From positions 930,001 through 994,000 of the forward strand of contig VJWM01000108.1 in NCBI GenBank assembly GCA_010909165.1: DNA of 64,000 nt. Reading direction: 5' to 3'. Shown here piece after piece: positions 63,935 through 64,000 of the stretch. The translations under genes and the position numbers were made by a program. The notes beneath the pieces are model-generated. The model did no database searches. It was not told the DNA's origin and saw nothing but the letters and a program-made list of their open reading frames with translations. How positions within the stretch are numbered: the first letter of the stretch is position 1; each line of letters opens with the position of its first letter. Origin of the DNA: Anthoceros angustus (lineage: Eukaryota; Plantae; Anthocerotophyta).

Positions 63935-64000
63935 ATGCAACAGGAAGGCATTGATCCAGCCAATTGCGTGACGTTTGTTTGCCTCCTTCGGTCTTGTGCT
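63935..64000 (+). pseudogene. PPR P/L junction fragment running off the window edge
   Basis: Reads MQQEGIDPANCVTFVCLLRSCA; the upstream frame is degenerate. Confidence 0.7.

Overview
Plant nuclear DNA, most likely from a seed-free lineage (hornwort, fern or lycophyte), inferred from the DYW:KP-type PPR genes. (1) 1-10.75 kb: scrambled, multiply duplicated fragments of the 3' internal region of an LTR retrotransposon, ending in a PPT and a ~1.03 kb LTR. (2) 10.85-36.9 kb: tandem array of a ~2.9 kb unit of unknown origin (8 full, 2 truncated and 1 terminal partial copy). (3) 36.9-41.4 kb: DYW-domain fragments, plus a complete 1.8 kb non-autonomous LTR element with identical 151 bp LTRs that carries a tRNA-like Pol III promoter. 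(4) 41.9-57.3 kb: three minus-strand paralogous PLS-PPR-E1-E2-DYW:KP genes ending in GRP, which are candidate U-to-C organellar RNA-editing factors. Each has an N-terminal motif matching the PDF ssDNA-binding motif of plant OSB proteins; this fusion is the most notable feature. (5) Relics of a copia gag, a pogo/DDE_1 transposase, an unidentified coding sequence, and another PPR at the right edge. Many small indels and microhomology jumps between repeat copies suggest long-read consensus error or local misassembly, so frameshifts and copy numbers need read-level confirmation. All family assignments come from recalled motifs; no database search was run.
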